DNA from: Narcine bancroftii
Lineage: Eukaryota
NCBI RefSeq assembly: GCF_036971445.1
Contig: NC_091476.1
Coordinates: 139,314,001 to 139,378,000 of the forward strand
Length of the DNA stretch: 64,000 nt
Reading direction: 5' to 3'
The translations under genes were made by a program, and so were the position numbers. Positions within the stretch are counted from its first letter, which is position 1, and every line of letters starts with the position of its first letter. Positions 37,213 through 48,915 of this stretch are shown piece by piece. The notes below the pieces were generated by a model. The model was not told the DNA's origin, did no database searches, and worked only from the letters and a program-made list of their open reading frames with translations.

Positions 37213-37789
37213 AACAAGAACCATTTAAAATAAACATCATTATGGCCTTTCCACATAAAAAATGATAACATATCATATCCTAGCATGGTCTGAGAAACCA
37301 ATGGACTTTAAACGAGACCTTAAAACACGATGTGAGCCTAACGATGTGAGCTGGACAACCTATTCATACAAGGAAATAGGCACCATGGATTACATACTGA
37401 TCAGACTGCCCAATGACATCCATCTGTTACCATTTTACTCTTTGTTTTCATTATTGAGCCATAATTTTTACAAATCCACAGAGTAGTAATAGCCATGATT
37501 TCACAGTCTTTGTTCATCCACAAAAGTCTTTGGCATTTTGGTTAGATAGTTCCTCGAGTTAAACCTTCAAATTGACCATTGACCTTCAAAATTGTGAACT
37601 TTACCCAATGAAACACCTTTCTATGATAACAGTCAAAGCATCAAATGGAACGATGTTCCCTGGGACCACAACGTTTAAGCCTCCCACTTGCCAGTGGTGC
37701 CTTTTTTCTGTTCACAGCTTCTCCCCATCAACCTCAAAGTTCTTGTCTATTGCTATCAAAATTGGGCTCAGGCTTGAAGCATTGATTTC

Positions 37790-38135
37790 AAGAAACATCT
37801 TTACCTCTGCGAGACCTGGTGGGTTTCTCCAGCATTTGCGTTTTGACAACAATCACATCGTCTGCAGACTTTTCACTCCATTCGGTTGCTCCACTGTGAA
37901 ATTTCTTCAAGGGATGTCCACCCTGAAGAAGTTTTCCTCCTCTCTTTGAAGGGAGTTGTGTGAGAGCCTCTCTCATTGCTCCCCTTTTCCCCAGCCTTTT
38001 AATTCACACATCTGCCTACTTTTTGCTCATTCCTTGATGAAGGGCTCAGGCCCAAAGCATTGGCAACATATCTTTACCTCCAAAAGACACCGAGACTGGC
38101 TGATTACATCCAGTATTTCTGATTTTTTTTCTACA
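37790..38135. mobile_element. Penelope-derived pseudo-LTR fragments
   Basis: The motif catctttacctc...gagac..g.tg..t..tccag.attt occurs twice (about 37797 and 38068). ttgatgaagggctcaggcccaaa resembles the motif near 2357. Confidence 0.5.
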
Positions 38136-39736
38136 ATAACAGTGCGTGCAGATTTCACAAATTAGTTTTGCCTTAGTTTTGGACTTTTAACTCATGGACC
38201 AGTTTGATCTCTTTCTCAATCTATTTACAAAATAATGGAATTATGATCAGCAGTCACAAAGTGCTCCCCCAGTGACACTGCAGTCACTTGCCCTGCCTCA
38301 TTTTCCAAGAGGACACGAATGTTGAACCCTCTCTAGTCAGTCGATTTATTGCAGTATCTTACAAGGAAATTCCTTCAAGTTATTATAGGTCAACTGGTGA
38401 TCAAAATCAACTCAAGTTGGAAATTTGAATAAGCATAACATGGTCATATGTACATTATTTTGAATGGAACCAGAATGGAAGTATCATGTTAATTGTTTGT
38501 ACTCTCATCGAAACATCTCAATTTTGTTTTATTTCTAAAGACTTACTCTTTCTGAAGCTGTTGACAATTAGTGACACCATGCAAACAGCTTTAACATCAG
38601 GTGACACAACACAGGAAGAAAGAATTGTTCAATAAAATAATATTACAGTCAGGTTAACTGACAATCTATTGAAAAATTGTTGAATGTTTCAAAGAATCAC
38701 AAAATGTCACTGTACAAGTATCACAAAGTTCCACTTCCCTGTCCATCTCCTGAGCCCGGTAACATGCTCTCCAAGTACTTCTCCAATTCAATCTTGAAAG
38801 TTGCCATTAAAACAGCTTCCATCACTTTTCCCAAGATATACATTGTGGATCACCATTCCTCTTATTACAAAAATCTCATCTCAATTCTAGCTCTCGTTTG
38901 TTTTGTCTGGCTAGATGATATTTTATTATTTGAGTTCAATTAGATGGTCCAGGCAATGCATCCATCAAAATATGTTTATGATTTAGATTTAAAACCAGAT
39001 TAAACCAATGGGATAAGAGTTTCTTCCTATGTTAAAATCCATATTAAAATGCAACAGAAGCCACAACAGATTATATTAACTGAAGGGTAGAAAAATGTCC
39101 AAAGACAAAATTGATACCTGGCTAGCTAAGAAAACAGAACAAATAATGGGCAGTCTGACAACTTGGTAACAAGTTACTTAATAGTACAAGAAAGTTGAGT
39201 TTTAATTTAATCTGGGTTAAGATAACTACAGCCATTGGTTCAAGTATTTGCTCAAGACATACATGGTTGAAGAATAATTAATGGGAGAAATTTCCCTCAT
39301 GCAGTTTCACACCAAAATAGTTTCAGAAATAATTGCAAATCCACCTCGGGAATTGTGGTGAATAAAGCACGTCTTGGAAAATGTGAATGACCATCAAATA
39401 TAATGGAATAAAAAAAGAAAATGCTCGAAATACTCTACACTGTGAAGATGGCTTCATTAAGTGAGAGCTGTCAATTGTTACCATATTAGAAATGTTCAGA
39501 AAAAAAAGTCAACTGCACAACAAATGTTGTGAAATTGTAGGGAGGTGCTATGACTGATGTTAAAACAGAGTTGTACACCTTGTGTCTTTCAGATATATTT
39601 AATTTTTTTAACTATGCACTTGTCCAGAATGCATCCCCTTCATTACTCATTCCAAGACCCATTCCTCCAATATAATCTATCCCTGATCTACAAAGGCTCT
39701 TGACTTGATTTAAAAATTTTCAACCATGTGTACACA

Positions 39737-39999
39737 TAGGTACAGTACACCTTATACGAATATCTGAAATTATCCAAAACTTTTTTCGACCGTGGTCTCA
39801 TAATAGAGTTCAGAAATTCCGATTATTAAGTGTATATTTTTCAATGTCAATCTACTTCAGTTAATTTGAAATATTTGAATTGTAATATGAATATATGCAT
39901 CTTTAAGTCTGAATGAATTTTTTTAAATGATATTCCAAAATCCGAAAAATCTGAAACACTTCTGGTCCCATGCATTTCAGATGAGTGGTACTGGACCTG
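39737..39999. mobile_element. Degenerate Tigger-like MITE
   Basis: Imperfect TIRs TAGGTACAGTAC / GTACTGGACCTG followed by TA, with subterminal ATCCGAAA-like repeats as in the other MITEs. Confidence 0.5.
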
Positions 40000-40044
40000 T
40001 ACTCACGTAAAAGTTGATCACTTGCAAAAGTTGACCCCAGTCAC

Positions 40045-40296
40045 TCACCTCAGCCCTGACCGCCTGCAGGTCGGAGCTTCCGATGCCTCGGTTGCAAACG
40101 CATGCCTTGGCCCAGGCCGCCTACAGGCTAGAGCTACTGATGCCTCGGACACAAACACTCACCTCGACCCCAGCCACACTAATTCCAGAGCTCCCAACAC
40201 CTTTGATGTGTGTTTTCCTACTGGTCCCAGCTGCTCACAGAATGGAGCTCTTGATACCTCCAATGAATCAGATATCTACCTTGGTCCCAGCCATCC
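40045..40296. repeat. Degenerate ~57-bp tandem repeat, about 4.5 units
   Basis: The motif cct.g.ccc.g.c...gagct..tgat.cctc recurs at about 57-nt spacing, seen as 19-20 aa repeats in ORF 40022-40432. Confidence 0.7.
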
Positions 40297-40944
40297 CGGA
40301 TCTGTTATTCACACTGACTCCCTCATCAGTTCCCACATCAACCTCAACCTCCGCAAGGCTGACACCTTTGATTGGATCCTTCAGGTTCTTTCCCCTCCTT
40401 ACCCTTCCCCACCTCCTCTCACCTCTCCCTAATGAATCCCCATCTCCTGCCTTGAGCTCCCCCTTTCTTCCCATCCCCCTCCCAACCCTTTGCGTTTTTA
40501 CTTCAATCAGTGTCTGTAGACTTTCGTCTTTTTTTACTCTATTTTGGATTCTAGTATGAATTTTAGCTCCTCAAAAATATTATCTATGCAATAGTCACCC
40601 CCATAAATTTAACACTGTGGCTGGTGTGCTGTGCAGTGAACGGAAGAAAAAAAAACACACACACAGAAGCTGTGAGTGAGTGAACCAACCAACTGACTTT
40701 ACTAGAATTCTTAGAGATCTTATCAGCACCACTCCCATGATCCCTTTCGGCCCCTGCCACCATTGTGATGTCAGCTTAGTGCGAGCCTGGACCTCCATGA
40801 CCCAGTTTGATTGTGGATCAGTGCAGCTCGCTGCAATGTTAAAAAATGGACAAGAAAATTCTACTTTTACACGTACATACATACTCTCCAGTCTTGCCCA
40901 ATACTACCTCTGGTGACTTCCCCAGGCAGGCAACCTACTATGAT

Positions 40945-41437
40945 ATTGACTTTTCAAGCACCAAAAAAAAATTCTTTTAATATTTATTCAGATTTGCAAG
41001 TAGAATATAAATTGAGGGTGTGTTCAATTCTTTGGTTCCAATTTTGCTGAACCAATTTTACATATTTTTCAATCGTGATTTTCTACTGCTTCTTCCTTTA
41101 TATACCAGGACCTGATTCTATGCCCAACTACTTCACTTATTTCTTACAATATTCCTTAAAAGAAAATTCTTTGACAATTAATGTTATACATACTGTATTT
41201 CTATTTTATTTTAAATTAAACTGCTTTCATGAAGTACTAAGTTCTTCCATGCAGTCACTACAAATACCTATACTATTTTATATTATTTCCAGCAGTTATT
41301 TTATTTGTAGCTTTTTACTGCAACTTTCTGTAAATTATATAAATGAACCAAAGAATTGAACACACCCTCAATTTATATTCTACTTGCAAATCTGAATAAA
41401 TATTAAAATAATTTTTTTTGGTGCTTGAAAAGTCAAT
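40945..41437. repeat. ~94-bp near-perfect inverted repeat with ~306-bp AT-rich spacer
   Basis: 40945-41038 is the reverse complement of 41345-41437, apart from small differences at the A/T run. Confidence 0.95.
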
Positions 41438-42959
41438 TGATATTGTTCTGTGATGCCAAAGTATCTCTGTATTTTCATTCCACATGATTACCTTGAACCA
41501 ATGCTAGCTAATATGTTACATTTTCAAAAAGTGTTACAAAGATAGCCAGAAATCCAAGCCATTGAAATAATCCCGTAACCATGGATCAAGAAACCATTAC
41601 AAAGGATAAAATCAAATTGACCTGCACTTTTTGTCCACATTTATCAGCTTGAACTCAGAACTCCCTTGAACAAGTATGAAACAATTGCATTCGTCAATAA
41701 ACCATTAACAAGTTACAAAAGCACATAGTTACTAATGCACAATGAACAAAGTATATTCTAACATGAACAGTAGGAGTTTTAAAGCTATACATCTTTGACT
41801 GTAATTTCTTCCATTCTTGCTGCTGATCTCCATGGCTGCTACCTTTTTCACCTATTAACCAAATGGGTATATTTTAAATCTAAATAGCAAGCAGCAGGAG
41901 AAAAGGTAACCGCTGAATGCATTACAAGTTATCTAATCTCAGCCAACATCCACATGGCTGTTTCTAAAGAAGCACCTTGCTGTCTGTTTATGTAAAACCC
42001 TGCCAAGAGTAACATTACATACTGCAAAATAAATTGGTAACCACAGAAAAAGACACAATTGTACATACAAAATTTAAATTTGAAGGGGCACAATCCTTAT
42101 TTGTATTCTGGTTTCCTTTCAGAATTAGATGTACGTAAATAAATGTAACCTACGGTCCTTGCTGTCTAAAGAAAAGCCTCAAATAAAACAGTCACTTAGA
42201 GTTCTGTGTCCTGCTTACTCTGGACATACTGCAAAATGCACTTCACTGAAATTCTGTGACAATAGTTTTATTATGCAAATGCTTTGCAACATACCTGATT
42301 AATAATCAACTGCATTCATATGGTACATCTAAAGTACCCCAGTGTTGCTTCAAAGGAATAATTACACAAGGTATAAAAAATAGCCACAAATGGAGGAAAT
42401 AATAGAATGGTGCAAAAAAAATTGTTAAAGAGAACATTATAAATGAACAGAGGGATTTCACAAAAGAATTCCACAGCTCAGGATCCAGGCAACTGAAGAA
42501 ACACAGAAATTAAAATCTCAATTTTTCTAAATTATGCCCAGTTTTTCTAAATTATGTTCAGTTCCTCCTCTAGTATCATCTGACATTATCCAGCAAGTTT
42601 GTGTGTGAATAAATGTCACTGATCACCTTGGACATTTCAATGGCAGTTATCATAAATATTCATACAACTTGTATATCAACCACGCCATGGTTTAAATAAA
42701 TTGAGATACACTAAACTAAAAACAACAGAAATGCTCAAGACTGAATACAACCCATAGTCTGCTTTTTGTTGATCATTAAAAGAATGCCAACTTGATAACA
42801 ATTACAAAAATAGTAAACACCTAAGGGAAAACATGGAGAGTGAGCTAAAGGGAAGATTGGAGGGAAATGTCAGAAGATGGGTTGGGGGGGGGGGGTCTGG
42901 TGGCTGGGGTGTGTGAGGAAACCAAGGATAGTGTAGACAATTATCATATCTTAACACAG

Positions 42960-43430
42960 GATATGGACAGGACGTAGAGTTGGTCAGAGAAGTGGCAGAT
43001 GGAGTTCAAATACATAATTACTGGCAGGATTCTTAGCTGCATGGAGGAACAGAAGGATCTTGGAGTCCAAGATTGCTCAAAGATGTCACACAAGTTGATG
43101 GGGTGGTTAAGGGGGCTAGGTTGCGCTGGCCTCGGATTGGACCACAGTCAGCTCTGGTCACCTCAAGGAAGGATGTGAAATGTGGAAGTTTTGGAGAAGG
43201 AGCGGAAGAAAATGACCAGGATGCTATCTGGACTGGAGAACGTCGGGTGAAGAAAGATTGAGCACGTTAGTGCTTTTCTCCGAGGAGCAACAGACGACAA
43301 GAGGCGAGATGTATAAGATTTCAAGAGGCAAAGATGGGATGGAGTTCAGAAATAGAGTTTTTTTTTTCCAGGATTCCATTGGCAAACGTTAGAAGACATG
43401 GAATGCAAGTAGATGAAAGTTTAGATGGGT
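42960..43430 (+). mobile_element. Decayed CR1 LINE fragment next to the promoter
   Basis: CR1 RT-end motifs (tggcagatggagttcaa, gaacagaaggatcttggagtcca, aggaaggatgtg, ttttctccgaggagcaa). Confidence 0.6.
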
Positions 43431-43439
43431 GGAGGGGAG

Positions 43440-44350
43440 GAGGAGCAGAGGCGTGGGGAAAAGGGGCGGACTCAGTCGAATGGGTCCCAGGCCGCCTCCT
43501 GCCACAGGTGGTAACATAGCAACCGGCTGCCGCCACTTACCTGAGACACAGACCAGCGAAAGGTGTTTGGAGCAAGACAACCGGCGAGTTGTGTCCGAGA
43601 GCCAGGGCCCCCGCCTTCCCCCGGCGGCCGCCACCAGCGCTTGGCCGCTTTCCTCACGGATTTGCTGGGAAACCTCCGAGAGCCAAAACGACTTCCGGTG
43701 CCGTTGCTCGAACGCCCAGCCTCAACTCACAACCTGTCATTTCATTGGGCGATTCCGCCTGTCCTGTAGCAGAGCGCTGCACGGTGAATGGCTCGTCCAG
43801 CTGTCAATAACATAATCCGAACGTTCCCAGCCAGATTTTTCCGCCCCGGGCCCGTGGAAACAAATGCGCAAGCGCGAGGAATCGGCGGCGCCTGCTGGGA
43901 GTTGGAGTTGGGGCAAGGGAGGCCGCAAAAAAAGTTCGAGTGAGCGAGTGCGGGAGAATCTCGTTCGCCTGAGTGCGAGGTGACCTTTCCGATGGAGAAA
44001 GGCGTTGCCCGAGCTTCTCGTTGGAGCGGTGAAGCCGCTCGCATCCTCCATGGTGGCCCATGGAATGATTTGCTCTTGGACGGAATGTAAGAGGCGTGAG
44101 AACCAGGAGGAGGCACTGGGCCCCGCAGAGCGCACGAATGTGAAGCGACAACCCCCCGGCGAGCTTGACCAGCCTTTGCTCCACCTTCTTTTCTTAGCGT
44201 CATTCCTGCATTTAATTGCATCTCCACCAGTTCTTCCGCCGAAGTGGGAAGACTGTATGTTGGTGTCTGAACCCGTCCTCCTCTATTCCATCAAACACCG
44301 AACCAGCACCTAAAATAACGGGACAATGCAAACTTGAATCTCTACGAAGA
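43440..44350. promoter_or_regulatory. CpG-rich divergent promoter region between CEP164 and BACE1
   Basis: Sharp rise in GC and CpG in unique sequence. Motifs: GC box GGGGCGG (about 43463), ETS/GABP ACTTCCGG (43691-43698), reverse CCAAT (about 43744-43748), CCGCCCC (about 43841) and an RFX-like site (43510-43523). Confidence 0.85.
43541..43700 (-). other. CEP164: Putative non-coding first exon of CEP164 (5' boundary uncertain)
   Basis: Consensus donor CAG|GTAAGT on minus (ACTTAC at 43535-43540) inside the CpG island. The ATG-bearing exon has a splice acceptor, so an upstream exon is required. Confidence 0.7.
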
Positions 44351-44616
44351 TCCAGAAATGAACAGGAGTAATTATCATTTACTCTTTCTCTTTTTTTCAA
44401 AAAATGCCTTCTATTCAAAATAAATCCATCAATGAGGCATCCGACGCTGCACGTTTGGCATTTCTTCTGAATCTCTCAATGTAGAGCGAGAGGTGGAGGG
44501 GAGGGGGGGGTGGGTGGTGGGGGGGGAGTGGTCGAATAAATCTATACATATATTATTGGAAGCAGTTGCCAATGCACTTGCCTCTCTATAAAGGAAGAGA
44601 TAGAAGTAGTATCGAA

Positions 44617-44871
44617 ATGAGAATTTGTCCCGGCTCTCGTTTTCCGCTCTTGGCTTGCTCTCTGACCGTGTGGCTGCTTTGTAACGGAGAGCCGTCTGGG
44701 ATCAGGGTTCCTCTGAAAAATGACATCGGGAGCTCCAGCAGGATCCCCAGAGCTGCTGATGGAACTGGTCGGAGACAAAGTATCAATTTTATGGAAATGG
44801 TTGATAACCTGAGAGGAAAATCCGGGCAGGGGTATTATGTGGAAATGACAATGGGAACACCCCCTCAGAAG
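44617..44871 (+). CDS. BACE1: Beta-secretase 1 exon 1 (signal peptide, propeptide, start of mature enzyme)
   Basis: MRICPGSRFPLLACSLTVWLLCNGEPSGIRVPLK...RIPR...FMEMVDNLRGKSGQGYYVEMTMGTPPQK contains the diagnostic EMVDNLRGKSGQGYYVEM and a furin-type RXXR site. Phase-0 donor AAG|GTAAGA follows 44871. An alternative in-frame ATG lies at 44572. Exon 2 (LNILVDTGS) was not found in the window. Confidence 0.95.
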
Positions 44872-46009
44872 GTAAGATTGGAGGTTTTCTCAGTCAGCTT
44901 TAACATCAATTACAATTTTCGTTGTTCTCTCTGCATTAAATGTTGTATAATAATAAGTTATAATGGCAGTTAATGATTATTATAAATTTTCAGTAGTTCC
45001 ATAAATATATAGAGATATTTGTATCTTTTGTTTTGACATTTGGTTCACACCTGGTTTTGATATAAATGAGCCATGTCCAATCTTTTTGCACTGTCCCATG
45101 GTACATAGCTCATCAAAACGCATCGTTGCTTTTCTTCTGTTGTGATAAGTGTAATCATAACCCATTTCTCTTCCTAAACACGTTTTTAAAGAAAGGGCTT
45201 TCCAAAATTCTTATTCAGGTTCGTGGGCCCTTGTGTCCACATGCTTCTTTCCTGAAATTAACACGAAATTGACAAATGGCTTTGGGAATAACTACACCAC
45301 TATACAGTGCAACCCAAAATCAATGTTTCTGTTGAATGAGCATTGAACAATTACTGGAAAATGTTGTTTGTTAGAATCTTTGTAAATTAGTATGAAATCA
45401 AACAAAAATACTGTGTCTGATTCAATGTATTGTACGAAAGAAAAAGTAAAATGTACACCAAAGAAAGCAGCAGAGTTGGTGATTCTCTGCAGAGGGCTGA
45501 TTAGGGTCCTAAATATAGGCCTCAGGGCTGCTCTACTGAGGAATAGATTGAAGAAATGATGATAGCATTCCCATGCCTTATTGTTATCTCCTTTATTGGA
45601 GACTGAGAACAGATTCACATTGGTTGTGATTCTGCCACAGTTTATTTCAGCATCTAGTTTCACATATGAGGAATATTTGCATCATTGCCAATTAGTTTGA
45701 ATCTTCTCAATTGGGCTTCAATTAGTAGTTTCACCATAAGTTTTTTTTCCTTCAAATTACATCCATATAGATGTTTACATTTTTTTGTGAGGAAAAAGCA
45801 ATGTTCTCCACAAATGATCAAACTCAACACGTTAATTTTTGCTGCTATCTTTGCTCATATGATCTAATGGCTGTTTTTCTCTTTCAAAGCGGTGCCTGAA
45901 TTGCATATCCTTGATCTCACCCAATTGGGAGAAATAGAAATCCTTCAATTATATAAATAAATCTTCCTCACACTGCTGTCATGTATAACAGTACATCACA
46001 TTTAATTGC

Positions 46010-46295
46010 AAAACATAGAAGACCTACAGCACAATACAGGCCCTTCGGCCTACAAAGTTGTCCTGAAACATGACCCTACCTTAGAAATTACTAGTCTTAA
46101 CCATAGCCCTCTATTATTTTAGTGGCATGTATCTATCCAAAAGTCTCTAGTGTATCCACCTCCACCACAGTTGCCAGCAGCCGATTCCACGCACTCACCA
46201 CTCACTGCATTTAAAAAAAAAATTGCCTCTGACATTTCCTCTGTACCTACTCCCCACCACCTTAAATGTGTCCTCTTGTGACAACTATTTCAGCC
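46010..46295 (-). mobile_element. CR1 LINE 3' tail fragment
   Basis: aaacatagaagacctacagcacaatacaggcccttcggcc...ttccacgcactcaccactc is the reverse complement of a typical CR1 3' end, similar to 48700-48915. Confidence 0.7.
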
Positions 46296-46844
46296 TCTTG
46301 GTATCACTTTCTCCTCTGACCTCTCAAAAGTCTTCCAGAAATAAGAATGTTACCAAATATCTTTACTTTCTCCTTATAGATTTTTGTCTTTGTTTCCCCA
46401 ATAAATACTTTTGTTTATGTTTTTCCTGCATCAATCATTTAAAAATCCCCAAATGAAACCATAGGTTTCCTCTAAAATCCTCTAAAACAGGCTTGTGCGA
46501 TGATACCATGAACAATAGATTGGATTGTCTTTCAAATTTAGCTTGTAGCATAGGAGAAAAGGAAAAAAAAAGATGTAAAATTCCTTGCTGGATTTTATTT
46601 CTAGATATTGGAACCCCTGGAGAATTTGTCACAAGTCTGTGATTACGTCAAAAGTCAGGTAGTTCCATCAAATACAATGTTGCACGTCGGAAGAGAGGGA
46701 AACTGGGTCAGGTTACTTTAAATAGAGCTCTGGAATGCTAAACTCCTGGAAACATAAATACTTAGGCTGAAGGATACTTTACAGGTGAGCATTATTAGAA
46801 CTTTCTGCATTAGTAATGGAGTCAGAATATTTTGATGTCTAGAT

Positions 46845-47084
46845 CAGCCATTCTCAACTGATGCCTGAAAGCCCTGGGGGGGGGGGCAGGTGGTGTGAGG
46901 GGTATAGTACATTCAGGTAAAAGCCTTGTTTTCTTTTAATCTCACGTGACATAATTTTTTAATATATGTAGTCCATAGGAGAGAAGTACACAAGAAATCA
47001 AAACTGCTTCACAGGGAAGGGGGCCCATAAACTTTGAGCAGAGTCCTAAGGGGGCCATAGTGAAAAAAATGTTGAGAATAGCTG
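46845..47084. mobile_element. hAT (Charlie-like) MITE
   Basis: TIRs CAGCCATTCTCAAC / GTTGAGAATAGCTG. Flanks GTCTAGAT and TTCTAAAG resemble the NTCTAGAN target. Confidence 0.75.
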
Positions 47085-47388
47085 TTCTAAAGAAAACAAT
47101 CCAGCCTAATAACTAGCTTGGCTTCAACACTTTCTGGCTAAAGCTTGAAGGTTCCTGGATGTGATGAGAGCACTGTACAAACAGGATCAATGATGTTGGC
47201 ACAATAATCTTTCCAGACATTGTGTTTTTGACTGTTAATTTTGAACTCTGTACTGCCATCCTGAAGGTAAGAGTGCAATGTTTGACTAAATATCACATCA
47301 GCCATGCTCATGAAATTTGGCCAGTGAAGTTCTAGGTCCTTTTTGAACATTCAGAGCCATGAGAAAGCAATAGAAACATGGGCTTGAT

Positions 47389-47609
47389 TGGTCATTCTCA
47401 ATGGGAGAATGACCCCCCATCCCCACCCCTGCCCCTAAAGTCCCCACACATTTAAGGGGGAGGCAAGGATTGAAATTATAAAATATTTTTTATGTAGTCA
47501 GTAGAAGTACAAAAGTACTAAACTTGACTGTTACACAGGAAAAGGGCTCATAAACTTTGAGCAGAGTTCTAAGGGGGCCATAGCCAAAACAAAAGATTAA
47601 GAATGGCTG
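47389..47609. mobile_element. Second copy of the same hAT MITE family
   Basis: Shares cataaactttgagcagagt.ctaagggggccatag and the gaatggctg terminus with 46845-47084. Confidence 0.7.
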
Positions 47610-48384
47610 GTCTGGATTGCTGAGAACATGCTTGTCTTAATAGTTCTGAAGTTCTTGATGACCTTTGTACGCTTAATTTGGAATTAACCCAAGAATGGTT
47701 CCTGAAATTATATTGGAACATAATTGCAAACTATTGAAGTGTTAATAATGTCATTTTTGTGTCAAAGGACTGAATATCACACTTGAAAGACAAAAAGAGT
47801 ATCTTCAGTCATTGTGTTAAACATTCTTCGTTCTCTGCATCACATTATGATAATGTCTTTAAATTAGTGAGGTTTGGAAGCGAGTGCAGTCCAATGAAAT
47901 GAGAGAATCCTCTTTTGCTCTTCCTAAAGGACATTAATTTGAAGTATCTTGTCAATTCTCAGTAGGTACTGGTTCAAGAATCCTCTAATTTTGCCCAATA
48001 GTTCATACCAATTATGAAAGATTTGTGTCTTTTGAATACGCCATTAGTGTGTGATATTTATTGTTACATTCCACTTTTTGTCGACCTAATGTGAATCCTA
48101 CTTCTGGAGCATGCCTAGTTCATTTATTAACTTGCATCTGAAAGAACATTACTGTTGTGAGTATCTCTTTGCCTGATTTCCCTCTGTAGTTTGCATGCAA
48201 ATAATGCTGTCTGGCTGGGTATAGCAACCGACAAATTTTATGTGAGCTGTTGAGGGTTGAATGTGGGAGACAACCTTTGGGTAAATAATGTTCTGTTTAA
48301 AATTCAAATGGCATCTTTTTTAATTTTTCTGATCAATTTCTATCAGTCTTCGAATATTGTGTTCAATTCTGGTAACCTCACTCC

Positions 48385-48915
48385 ACGAAGCATGTGGATC
48401 CTTCGAGGGTGCAGATGAGATTTACAAGGGTACTACCTGGATTGGAGAGGATGACTTATGAGGACAAGTTGAGTGAACTGGTGTTTTTTTTTCCTTTAGA
48501 GTGAATGAGAATGAGGGGTGGCTTAATTAGAGATGTACAACATAATGAAAGGCATTGATCATATGGATTACCAGAGGCTTTTTCCACAAGTCTAAAATGG
48601 CTAACATGAAGGGACATTGCTTTCAGGTTCTTAGGAGTAATTTTTGAACATTCAGAGTCATGAGAAAGCAATATAAACATGGGCTTGATATAAGAGGTAG
48701 GATTTTCCACGCAGAGAGTGGTGGGTGCATGGAATGCATTTCTGGCAACAACAGTGGAGGCAGGTGCAACAGGATCTTTTAAGAGACAGTACATCGAACT
48801 GAGAAAAATTGAACATTTGCAAAAGGGAAATTCTAGGCAGTTGTCAGAGTAGGTTATTAGATTGGCACAATGTTGTGGGCTGAAGGGCCTGTACAATCCT
48901 GTAGATTTTTATGTT
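48385..48915 (+). mobile_element. CR1 LINE 3' fragment
   Basis: Typical CR1 3' sequence (agggtgcagatgagatttacaagg...cagagagtggtgggtgcatggaatg...gggctgaagggcctgt). Confidence 0.75.

Noticed and set aside
43321-44313. Cluster of overlapping ORFs in the CpG island
   Set aside because: Expected from high GC content. No recognisable domains.
44872-44973. C-terminal part of the BACE1 ORF in the track
   Set aside because: It lies past the GTAAGA donor and has no BACE1 similarity.
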